Made by a program: the position numbers and the translations under genes. Below are positions 19,947 to 29,162 of a stretch of 64,000 bases of DNA, piece after piece (position 1 is the first letter of the stretch; the number at the start of each line of letters is the position of its first letter). The DNA lies in assembly GCA_964534625.1 (NCBI GenBank), contig CAZHRF010000008.1:13016-77015 (forward strand). Reading direction: 5' to 3'. The notes under the pieces were generated by a model, which was not told the origin of the DNA, searched no databases, and was given only the letters and a program-made list of their open reading frames with translations. This stretch comes from an uncultured archaeon (lineage in GTDB: Archaea; Asgardarchaeota; Heimdallarchaeia; Heimdallarchaeales; Heimdallarchaeaceae).

Positions 19947-21881
19947 ATGAAGTCAATAGAAGAGATCTGTGAAAAATTTGCAGTACAAAATGCTCTAGAG
20001 CATGGTGAAGCTAAAATCGGTCCTGTTATGGGGAAAGTGATGTCAGCTCATCCTGAACTAAGAAAAAAGGCTAACGAAGTCAAAGATATAGCATTAAAAC
20101 AAATTGACCTAATTAACACATTAACCGTATCAGAAATTCAACAAATAGCTCAAGACCGATATCCAGACTTGCTTAAAGAGGATAAGAGTAATGAGCAAGA
20201 AGGTACAGACTTCATTCGCGCCATAGTCGAAAAACATATGGAAACAGGCCGTTTTAACGGAAAAGTACGTACTCGTTTTCCTCCCGAACCTAATGGCTTT
20301 CTTCATATAGGGCATGCCTTTTCTATCTTATACAACTATAATCTCGCTAAAGAGTATAATGGAACATTTAATTTCCGTTTTGACGATACTAATCCCATCA
20401 AAGAAGAAGATGTCTATGTTAAGGGAATGATTGAAGATATCAAATGGCTGGATGTCTATGAGAAGCGGGGAGATGATGATAATGTTTTGTTTGGCTCCGA
20501 TTATTTCCAACAGTTTTATGATTATGCTTTACAATTAGTAGAAAAAGGTTTAGCCTACGTTGATGATTTGAGTGCTGATGAAATTAGTGAACTACGTGGA
20601 ACATTAACTGAACCTGGTGAAAAGAGTCCTTATCGAGATCGACCTGTTGAAGAGAATTTAGATTTATTTAAACGCATGAAAGTAGGGGAATTTCCCGATG
20701 GTGCAAAAGTTTTACGAGCTAAAATCGATATGGCTCACCCTAACATGAATATGCGTGACCCAGTTATGTATAGAATCCTCCATAAATCTCATCATAACAC
20801 GGGAGATAAATGGTGTGTCTATCCCATGTATGACTGGGCTCATGGGTTAGAAGATTCAATTGAAGGTATTACTCATTCTATCTGTACTCTGGAATTTGAA
20901 AACCATAGACCTCTTTATGATTGGTTTTTAGATCAGCTTGAAGATGAAGAAAATAACCCGATTCATCACCCCCAGCAAATAGAATTCGCGAGAGTCAATG
21001 TTTCGCATACTGTGTTAAGTAAACGTAGGGCTCTCATTTTAGTCAATGAGGGATATGTAAATGGATGGGATGATCCACGGCTTCTTACTATAACGGGGTT
21101 AAGAAAAGCTGGTGTGCCTGTGGCAGCTATTCGTTCTTTTTGTGAGAGTATAGGAATCTCTAAACGAGATAGAATTATTGATAGGTCAATTTTAGACCAT
21201 CACATACGGGAAGAATTAAACAAAATTTGTCCTCGTACTATGGCTGTTATAGACCCATTAAAAGTTGTAATAACTAATTATCCAGAAGGGAAAGAAGAGA
21301 AATTTGAAGTTTCTAACCATCCTTTTGATACATCATATGGAACTCGTAAGATAACATTTTCTCGTGAAATTTATATCGATCGAGACGATTTCATGGAAAA
21401 TCCACCTGATGATTTCTATAGACTATCTAAGGATAGAGAAGTACGCCTTAAATATGCTTATCTAATTACTTGTGATGAAATAATTAGGGATGAAAAAACA
21501 GACCAAATAGTCCAATTAAATTGCTCATACGATCCTAAGACTTATGGTGGGAAAGTACCAGATGGAAGAAATGTAAGAGGAACTATTCATTGGATTTCAG
21601 TTGCTCATGCAGAAAAAACTACCATACATCTTTATGATAGATTATGTACACGAGCTAATCCAATGGATACTGAAGAAGGAAAAGAATTTACAGAATATGT
21701 TAATCCTGATTCATTTAAGATTAAAGAAGCATATGTTGAGCCATATTTAATCAAAGAAGAGTTAGGTACAAGAGTGCAGTTTGAACGTAATGGCTATTTC
21801 TATTTGAGTCCATATGAATCTACTCAAGATAATAAAGTGTTCATACAAATCATCTCTCTAAAAGATTCTTGGTCCAAGTAG
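19947..21881 (+). CDS. glnS: Glutamine--tRNA ligase with archaeal GluRS-like N-terminal domain
   Basis: RFPPEPNGFLHIGH, RFDDTNP, YPMYDWAH..EDSIEGITHSICTLEF, QIEFAR, VLSKR, GWDDPRL, GTIHW, QFERNGYF. Confidence 0.92.
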   Translation: MKSIEEICEKFAVQNALEHGEAKIGPVMGKVMSAHPELRKKANEVKDIALKQIDLINTLTVSEIQQIAQDRYPDLLKEDKSNEQEGTDFIRAIVEKHMETGRFNGKVRTRFPPEPNGFLHIGHAFSILYNYNLAKEYNGTFNFRFDDTNPIKEEDVYVKGMIEDIKWLDVYEKRGDDDNVLFGSDYFQQFYDYALQLVEKGLAYVDDLSADEISELRGTLTEPGEKSPYRDRPVEENLDLFKRMKVGEFPDGAKVLRAKIDMAHPNMNMRDPVMYRILHKSHHNTGDKWCVYPMYDWAHGLEDSIEGITHSICTLEFENHRPLYDWFLDQLEDEENNPIHHPQQIEFARVNVSHTVLSKRRALILVNEGYVNGWDDPRLLTITGLRKAGVPVAAIRSFCESIGISKRDRIIDRSILDHHIREELNKICPRTMAVIDPLKVVITNYPEGKEEKFEVSNHPFDTSYGTRKITFSREIYIDRDDFMENPPDDFYRLSKDREVRLKYAYLITCDEIIRDEKTDQIVQLNCSYDPKTYGGKVPDGRNVRGTIHWISVAHAEKTTIHLYDRLCTRANPMDTEEGKEFTEYVNPDSFKIKEAYVEPYLIKEELGTRVQFERNGYFYLSPYESTQDNKVFIQIISLKDSWSK

Positions 21882-22239
21882 AATTAGAAAAACAGAAAGA
21901 CTTAGTATCATTTTCTTTTAGAAATAAAGATAGAGGACATAGACGGAGATTTAATGACCTCTTCTCTTTATCCTTTTGTGATGAATTACGTTCGTAGAAA
22001 CGTATCCGTATAACATTTTCTCAATTACTTTTAAACTCACTTAACAAATATAGGATAGTTTTTAAACTAAAAAAAGGGAGAAGAAGAGACTCAAGATTAC
22101 ACCGTTTTTACACTAGGGAGAACAAGGATAATTAGATAAAAACACAACAAACAAACTAGTTAATAGTCTTAGATGGTCTCTATCAATAGTTTAAGATAAA
22201 TAAAGTTTTACTGGCACCTGGATGAAAAAAAGATCCGCT

Positions 22240-22668
22240 TCAAAGTTTCTTCATACTTATTTGCAATGATTTATTAATTGAATATCTAGGATAACCATAT
22301 TTGTCATATTTGTCTTTATATTTATTTATTGCAACAACAGATAGCTTTACTTTAAACTGATGTACACCACCTCTAAAAGTAAAATGATACTTATTCCAAA
22401 CTTCCTTTAATTGGTCATAATCAATAAATTCTGGTTTAATCTTACTAATATCGTCGTCTCTTTCTTTCGCTGATACTCTATCGGTCGCATACCAAACTTG
22501 GAATGAAGGTTTCCCATGTGGAATTAATCCTTCTTTTCCCTCATCATCTTTAAAATGAACCAATCGTTCCAAAATAAACTTTGCTGCAAGTATTGTATCA
22601 TCCTTCACTTCATACTTATTCCATTCTTCTTTTTGTGTTTCAAATTCTATTACTTCATATTCCATCAT
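22240..22668 (-). CDS. Uncharacterised protein with an internally duplicated E-x-W-N-K-Y domain; third gene of the hicBA operon
   Basis: 'EFETQKEEWNKYEV' and 'DYDQLKEVWNKYHF' repeats; GAGGTGAT SD overlaps the hicA stop. Confidence 0.8.
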   Translation of the reverse strand: MMEYEVIEFETQKEEWNKYEVKDDTILAAKFILERLVHFKDDEGKEGLIPHGKPSFQVWYATDRVSAKERDDDISKIKPEFIDYDQLKEVWNKYHFTFRGGVHQFKVKLSVVAINKYKDKYDKYGYPRYSINKSLQISMKKL

Positions 22669-22674
22669 ATCACC

Positions 22675-22899
22675 TCATAATGCCTCTATAAATTCCTTTT
22701 GAGAAATATTTGCTTGTTTTAGAATTGAATCAAGAGTGCCTTTTTTTATCTCTGGATGATTGGGGATTACAACCCTTTTGCCAGTTGTATCATGTCTTAA
22801 TACAATATGCTTTTTATGTCGTAATACTTGATATCCAAATTTATTAAGCACTTTTACAACATCCATCGCAGAACACACTGGTAATTTAAAAATTAACAC
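22675..22899 (-). CDS. hicA: HicA family mRNA interferase toxin
   Basis: KLPVCSAMDVVKVLNKFGY...KHIVLRH...VVIPNHPEIKKGTLDSILKQA. Confidence 0.9.
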   Translation of the reverse strand: MLIFKLPVCSAMDVVKVLNKFGYQVLRHKKHIVLRHDTTGKRVVIPNHPEIKKGTLDSILKQANISQKEFIEAL

Positions 22900-22905
22900 C
22901 TCATT

Positions 22906-23175
22906 TTATCTTCTGATAACTTCTAATTCAAACATTGACTTACCAAAATTATAAGGAAATTCTTTTCCCTCTTGTAAAAAAGAGCGATGTAATTCCCTGT
23001 ATGCATCACTAAATTGATCTAATGCTTCATCTTCATCTTCACATTCAGTAATTATTTCGGGTATTGAAGGAACTGTGATTGTGAAACCTCCTTCTTCTTG
23101 TTCTTTTGCAATTACTTTGATTATGGTAAATTCATCTTCTTGGCCTGATGTATTATTATCTAATTGAAGTGTCAT
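22906..23175 (-). CDS. hicB: HicB family antitoxin (no DNA-binding domain)
   Basis: EQEEGGFTITVPSIPEIITECEDEDEALDQ. Confidence 0.85.
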   Translation of the reverse strand: MTLQLDNNTSGQEDEFTIIKVIAKEQEEGGFTITVPSIPEIITECEDEDEALDQFSDAYRELHRSFLQEGKEFPYNFGKSMFELEVIRR

Positions 23176-23350
23176 TCGTATCTCCTTTTTCAGTATATAT
23201 ATCTTATAGTCAAATGCTTATAAAATATTTCCCTTAAGAGTGAATTATGAGCTTATTTTCACTGCTTTCTTCCTTTTTTGCTTCTTTTTTCTAGTCATTT
23301 TCACGTGTTTATAAGGAGTAAGTTCACCTAAGAAACAGGTGTAATCTTTT

Positions 23351-24520
23351 TCAACTAGACCCTTTGCTTACTCCAAAATTTGATTCTACTAATGCATTTA
23401 CATTTTCAACCTCATTTTTTCTTAGATTAATATCCGTACTCATACTAGCTATCACTTCACCTACGTCTTCTTTGAATCCCTCTAGTGCTTCAATAAAATA
23501 CTTTGAAGATAGATCTGTGACTAAAACAATCGATAATTTATCACCCAACGGCTTAATTAAAAGTTTAAGATCTTCAAATGCTATTTCTTTAATCTCTTTT
23601 TCTTCTCCAACAAATTCATGGATGAGATTTGATATGGCTTTTAAGGCACCAGAAAAAAGTATCTGCTTATTTTCACATTCTGTTTTCGAGAGAGAATTAT
23701 CCTCTTCAAATGTATTAAAAGAATAACTATAAACAGGAATGCCAGACTCATTGATAATAATCAGATTTCTAAGGCTTTCAGATTGCAAAAGAAATATTCC
23801 ACCTTTATTATAAAAGTAGAAAAATAGCCCTAAACTTATAGTGATGATGAATCCTGCTAGATCAATATTTGGATTTTGGAATAAAACCCCAATAAAAACG
23901 GGCGCCAAGATCATAATCCCTAGAGTAACGGTCATTTTTTTTAACAAATTTTTGACATCTGTGTTTCTCGTGTTTCTTATCTTACTCACTAGGCGTTTTA
24001 TAATACAAACTGCAATTATGAAAAATAACACATAGAGTAATATGCTGAAAATGACATATAAAACACTTACTGATAATTCTAAATAAGTAGGAACACTATC
24101 CTCAAACAAGTGTTCAATGGAAGTTAAATTATATTGACCAATCAATATCCTCATTAACATCGATAGCATAAAATAAAGAGGGGTTGCGCTCACCATTAAC
24201 CCACCTAATATTAGATTCTTTTTTGTTAATACATTCTCAGATTCAAATGATTCAATAAATAACAAAATCAAATAAAGACTGATTAATTGAACAATGGTAA
24301 TAAGACTCCAAGCCATAATGCCGATCTCAGTATCAAAAGGGAATATAATAGTGTAAATGTGTGAAAAAATCATCAATCCTACTGCAATAAAAATAAACAC
24401 CAACGTTTTGTATCTATACTGAATATAATTACGAATAATCCAAACAAATAACATGAAAAGTATAATAAGCTGAGCTATGAAAAAAATGGTATTTAATAGT
24501 TGCATAGGAACCAATAACAT
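23351..24520 (-). CDS. About 7-TM membrane protein with C-terminal longin-like domain
   Basis: About seven hydrophobic segments, then 'LIIINESGIPVYSYSF...LFSGALKAISNLIHEFVG...IKEIAFEDLKLLI...IVLVTD'. Confidence 0.8.
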   Translation of the reverse strand: MLLVPMQLLNTIFFIAQLIILFMLFVWIIRNYIQYRYKTLVFIFIAVGLMIFSHIYTIIFPFDTEIGIMAWSLITIVQLISLYLILLFIESFESENVLTKKNLILGGLMVSATPLYFMLSMLMRILIGQYNLTSIEHLFEDSVPTYLELSVSVLYVIFSILLYVLFFIIAVCIIKRLVSKIRNTRNTDVKNLLKKMTVTLGIMILAPVFIGVLFQNPNIDLAGFIITISLGLFFYFYNKGGIFLLQSESLRNLIIINESGIPVYSYSFNTFEEDNSLSKTECENKQILFSGALKAISNLIHEFVGEEKEIKEIAFEDLKLLIKPLGDKLSIVLVTDLSSKYFIEALEGFKEDVGEVIASMSTDINLRKNEVENVNALVESNFGVSKGSS

Positions 24521-24708
24521 AGTTTACTTATATTTATTTTCAAACATGTAAAGGTTCAAGCGGATCTTACATTACAGAAATAATTAAAGGAGCGTAGTTA
24601 AATTGCAGTAGACCGATTGTATCTGATTTGGATCACCTTATCATTAAATAATGAAACTCGTGGATTATTAAGATGATTGCATGTGTGGATTTAGGAATTT
24701 TAGTATTC

Positions 24709-25155
24709 CTAACTAATTGCCCCGAAAGGGCATATATCAATACAGGCTCTACAATTTCTACATAGCGATCTATCAATTTGCGCTTTTCCGTTGACTATTT
24801 TAATTGCATTATATTTACAGCTCGCTAGACACTTTCCGCATCCCTTACACTTATCGATATTAACTTTCGGAATATTTCTTTGTTGGATTACTACCTGTTC
24901 GCTATATGAACTTTCTATATTATTTGATCGATATATTTGATTTTGATTTATTGCATTGTTTTGTTTCCAACCTTGTCGTATCATAGGAGAATTACATGTA
25001 GGACAAAACATTTCAGTACAAGGTATTCCTCGTTGATGTGATACAGTTTCTCCACATCTAGGACAGTAACACATTTTTAATCTCATTCTACCTTCTGCTT
25101 TTCTTCCCTTTTGATTTCTTTTGTGTATACCCACTCTTCTTCCTCTACCACTCAT
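24709..25155 (-). CDS. Cys-rich zinc-finger plus 2[4Fe-4S] ferredoxin domain protein
   Basis: GRGRR leader; CYCPRCG..HQRGIPC..FCPTC; two CxxCxxCxxxC motifs. ATG 25155 preferred over 25212. Confidence 0.85.
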   Translation of the reverse strand: MSGRGRRVGIHKRNQKGRKAEGRMRLKMCYCPRCGETVSHQRGIPCTEMFCPTCNSPMIRQGWKQNNAINQNQIYRSNNIESSYSEQVVIQQRNIPKVNIDKCKGCGKCLASCKYNAIKIVNGKAQIDRSLCRNCRACIDICPFGAIS

Positions 25156-25420
25156 TTCATCACTAAACGATAATGGGTAATAACCCATTATAAACGTTGT
25201 CTTTGTAAACAAAGTTAAATAAGGAGATAGAGCTAAAAGAAACTCATCTCTGATTCTAAAGTGTGGGGTGTATCTCTGTATCTATTAATTAGTTATATTT
25301 GATAAGTTAAGACGGATTATACTGAGAAAAAACATGGTTGATGAATGTCTGATTTATTTGAGTACTAACTTAATTAAGGCAAAAAATTATATACCCTTAA
25401 TATCTTTACACTTTGATTAT

Positions 25421-26692
25421 ATGCATACTAACGACGAAGATGACCCTTGGCTTATGGCTTTGTCACAATTAGACAGAATAGCCAAACTTATAGATTTAGA
25501 TCCAGATATACATGAATTTTTAAAAAACCCAATGCGTATTTATGAAGTAAATTTTCCTGTCAAAATGGATAATGGCTCAATTAAAGTATTTAAGGGCTTT
25601 AGAGTCCATCATGTAGAGATATTTCCAAGCAAAGGGGGGATAAAATATGCCCCGTACGTAACTAAAGAAGAAATGCAAGCATTAGCCATGTGGATGACGT
25701 GGAAATGTGCAGTTGTTGAACTCCCCTACTCTGGCGCAAAGGGTGGCGTTATATGTGACCCTACTAAGATGTCTGTAAGGGAAATAGAGAACCTTACTCG
25801 TCGATACACTTTCCAGTTATGTAATGTTTTTGATCCCCAATATGATATACCTGCTCCCGATGTTAATACCTCATCACGCGAAATGGCTTGGATTTACGAC
25901 ACATATAGTATGAATAAAGGTCATTCAGTACTTGGTGTTGTTACTGGTAAGCCTGTTGAAGTTGGGGGTTCTAAAGGTAGAGATGCTGCTACAGGAAGAG
26001 GGGTCTTTTTCACAACACGTGAGATTCTTAAAAAGAAAAATAAGCCTTTAGAAGGGGCCACTATAGCTATTCAAGGTTTTGGTAATGTTGGATCATGGTT
26101 TGCTAGAATAGCTCATGAGCATGGGGCAAAGGTGGTTGGTATTGTTGATCTTTATGGTGGGGTATATAATCCCGATGGCTTAGATATAGAAGATTTGTAC
26201 AAATATGTCTATGAAAATGGAGATAATCCAATAAAAACAGTCAAAGATTATCCCAAAGCTGATCCATTGACCAACGAAGAATTATGGAAATTAGATGTGG
26301 ATGTATTAAGCCCTTGTGCAACTGAAGGTCAGATAACTAAACAAAATGCACCTGATATAAGAGCCAAGATTATTGTTGAAGGAGCTAATGGACCAACAAC
26401 ACCTGAAGCTGACGACATTCTTACTGAAAAAGACATAGTTGTAGTACCAGATATACTCGCTAATGCTGGTGGTGTAACCGTAAGTTATTTTGAATGGGTA
26501 CAAGGCAATGACGCACTCTTTTGGGAAGAAGAAGAAGTTAACAAAAGACTTGAGCAGATAATGGTCAAAGCATTCAATGAAGTTTATGATAAGAAACAAG
26601 AAATGGATGTACCAAGTTTAAGATTAGCTGCCTACGCCATTGCAGTAAAAAGAGTTGCTAAACAAATAGAACTTAGGGGTATCTATCCCTAA
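25421..26692 (+). CDS. gdhA: Glutamate dehydrogenase (Glu/Leu/Phe/Val family)
   Basis: KGGI, MTWKCAVVELPYSGAKGG, IPAPDVNT, ATGRG, QGFGNVG, EGANGP, PDILANAGGVTVSYFEWVQ. Confidence 0.95.
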   Translation: MHTNDEDDPWLMALSQLDRIAKLIDLDPDIHEFLKNPMRIYEVNFPVKMDNGSIKVFKGFRVHHVEIFPSKGGIKYAPYVTKEEMQALAMWMTWKCAVVELPYSGAKGGVICDPTKMSVREIENLTRRYTFQLCNVFDPQYDIPAPDVNTSSREMAWIYDTYSMNKGHSVLGVVTGKPVEVGGSKGRDAATGRGVFFTTREILKKKNKPLEGATIAIQGFGNVGSWFARIAHEHGAKVVGIVDLYGGVYNPDGLDIEDLYKYVYENGDNPIKTVKDYPKADPLTNEELWKLDVDVLSPCATEGQITKQNAPDIRAKIIVEGANGPTTPEADDILTEKDIVVVPDILANAGGVTVSYFEWVQGNDALFWEEEEVNKRLEQIMVKAFNEVYDKKQEMDVPSLRLAAYAIAVKRVAKQIELRGIYP

Positions 26693-26815
26693 GTTAAACT
26701 TACCAATCCGAGCATCATATCTGGGATTTATTTTTGCTCATTATTTTGCTCATTATTTATAGATTTAGAAAAAGGAAAGAAAAATAAAAAGGGAAACTTT
26801 TCATTCTTGTAGAAC

Positions 26816-28906
26816 TTAGAAATGAATGTTTGTCCAATAAACTGGATGATCAGTATACGATTCTGGGGGTGGTATGTACGTAGAACCTGTGATAGTAAAT
26901 TCGGGAGAAACAAAAATATGATCGATTCGCCTAGTCATGTCTAAACCATTTCCTGTTCCATCAGGATATACTGCCAGCCATGTGTCAACCAAAACGTCTA
27001 CGGATTTGTTATAGTAAATTGAACCTTGGCGGAAATTGAAATCCCCCATCGAAATAACATTATCCAATCCCTCTATTCGATCCATGAGTGTCTCAATATG
27101 AGCTAAAAAGGCATCATGAGATCCTGCGGGATGGTTATTAAATATATGAAAGGTTCTTCCTCCTACTTCAATTTGAACATAAGCTGTTCCTATCTCATCT
27201 TTATCACTATACGTAAAGAAGGTTTCCGCAGCGGTAATTGGATAGCGTGAAAGTATGGCAGTTCCATATGTGCCTGTAACCTTCTTTGGACCGTAATAGG
27301 AGTAGAAGCCGAGTTTTTCAGCATAATATCGTACAACATCGGAATTACCCCCTCCTAGTTTTGCAGTATCGGATTCTTGTAAGGCAATAATATCCGCATT
27401 CGAGTCAATAATAACTTGTAATTGTTGATCATAGTTTTTACTCCCCGCTTCATTAACCCCATTTTGAATGTTGTAAGTCATTAGTGTTAATGAAGTAATA
27501 TTATCCAAATCTTGAGGAGCTGCCCAAAGTTCTGGGGATGAAATCAACACCGCGGTGAAGGTACTGAGAAAAGTCATACTAATCAAGACTATACCTATCA
27601 TTGCTGTTTTACGTAACTTCCCTTTGAATATTTTATGGTTTACCATAAGATCTTTTAGTTTTTGAATTCCTAGATCTCCATACTTAACGCAAAGTAAACC
27701 TAGCCAGATTCCGAGTATAGCTATAAGGAACGGAAACCAAAATTTGTTACGAAAAATTTGAGAGATTGGTTCAACATAGCCCCATATATTGGTAAAAACA
27801 AATATGAAGACTACTAAGATAAAATGCAATCCGCCTAACGTAAATCCTGTCGCCAGTTGGGGGATAGTAGGCTGTAATTGAATTAGCTGACGGATAATCA
27901 GCATAAAATCAAAGTAAATAATTGGTGAACTGAGAACCATTAGATAGAGGGGAATCTGCTGATACCACTCTGGAGAAGTGACAGTAACAGCTGGTGATGA
28001 GGGTAATGGGGGAAATCTGATTGTATGGGCTAGAATCGTGATTAAGAGAGTTATTCCAAAAATTAAATTCCAACCCATGAAATATTCTTTTTTGTGAATG
28101 AATACTAGCCATTCTGGTTTTATAACAGAAAGTATTATAAAACCACTGAGTGACCCAGATAAAAGTGTGACTATGACAATATAATTTCCTTCAGTCCAGC
28201 GAGATATAACAGTGGGGCTTTCAAATGCAATATATATTAAAAGAAAAATACTGATGATCCCCAAAATTAATCCAACAACCCGCATAAAAGGAGCTTTATT
28301 TTTACTTGGTTCTTTCATGGGTTTTGTTGCATATTCATCTGATTTAGTTAAGTTAAAAACATAAAACACCGCTATTATACCAATAAACCAGGCTATAATT
28401 TGATATGTTTTGTAAAATGTTAAATCAACCGTACTGTTCAAAGATCGAAACAATATTGACAATAAAACCGTTCCAGTCAAACCCAATCCGAACTTAAGGC
28501 TTGATTGTTCATAATTACTATGTGATTGATGCCAGAGAAACAACGGAAAGAAGATCATAAATCCTCCAACTGAGATCCCTGAAAAAACAAGGCAAAGAAC
28601 TGTATCAAATAGTGGTGCTAATAAACGAAACAAAATCATTCCCAATCCACTAAAATGCAAGATTTTTGTGTGGATCAGCTTCCAGTCATGAGAAGAAGAT
28701 TTTTCTTTATTCAATCCAAATAAATACAGAAATGCTGCGAAAAGAAAGAAAACAATTCCTACTGCGTGTTCATCAATTCCTGTTCCCAATAAGCCCTTCA
28801 TGTATATGGCTTCGATTAATAACGTTACCGCTTGGAAGAAAAAGAGGAAAATAACTCCAATACCAATTGCGTCTAGAATTCTATGTTTATCATACAATGA
28901 TTCCAT
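26816..28906 (-). CDS. Multi-TM protein with C-terminal EEP (exo/endo/phosphatase) domain, Cwh43/PGAP2IP-like
   Basis: Many TM helices, then MTYNIQ, IALQESD, GNSD, YGTAILSRYPI, MGDFN, RIDHIF, TDHPV. Confidence 0.85.
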   Translation of the reverse strand: MESLYDKHRILDAIGIGVIFLFFFQAVTLLIEAIYMKGLLGTGIDEHAVGIVFFLFAAFLYLFGLNKEKSSSHDWKLIHTKILHFSGLGMILFRLLAPLFDTVLCLVFSGISVGGFMIFFPLFLWHQSHSNYEQSSLKFGLGLTGTVLLSILFRSLNSTVDLTFYKTYQIIAWFIGIIAVFYVFNLTKSDEYATKPMKEPSKNKAPFMRVVGLILGIISIFLLIYIAFESPTVISRWTEGNYIVIVTLLSGSLSGFIILSVIKPEWLVFIHKKEYFMGWNLIFGITLLITILAHTIRFPPLPSSPAVTVTSPEWYQQIPLYLMVLSSPIIYFDFMLIIRQLIQLQPTIPQLATGFTLGGLHFILVVFIFVFTNIWGYVEPISQIFRNKFWFPFLIAILGIWLGLLCVKYGDLGIQKLKDLMVNHKIFKGKLRKTAMIGIVLISMTFLSTFTAVLISSPELWAAPQDLDNITSLTLMTYNIQNGVNEAGSKNYDQQLQVIIDSNADIIALQESDTAKLGGGNSDVVRYYAEKLGFYSYYGPKKVTGTYGTAILSRYPITAAETFFTYSDKDEIGTAYVQIEVGGRTFHIFNNHPAGSHDAFLAHIETLMDRIEGLDNVISMGDFNFRQGSIYYNKSVDVLVDTWLAVYPDGTGNGLDMTRRIDHIFVSPEFTITGSTYIPPPESYTDHPVYWTNIHF

Positions 28907-29162
28907 AATATGAATTCAACTGCAGTTGTATATTAATTTTCTCGGTACTTTATTAGTTTGTTTTCTGAGAAGACTAGTGAGCCTTTTTAGGGTGATATTA
29001 TGAAAATTCAACCTAGTCTGTTGTTCTAAATGACTAAATCTTGAAACACATTACAAGTTTCAAAACCTAATCTTATTAGTCTCATATAATATTTCATTAA
29101 ACCAGCTGGAAATCTTTTATTATTTAAGAACATTTATTATGCTGTATTATTTATCGAACACT

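Noticed and set aside
25334-25420. ORF-track N-terminal extensions of GdhA, and similarly 8210, 13209, 25212, 29139, 39648, 44697
   Set aside because: Extensions read like AT-rich promoter sequence; downstream starts fit family N-termini, SD sites or signal peptides better.
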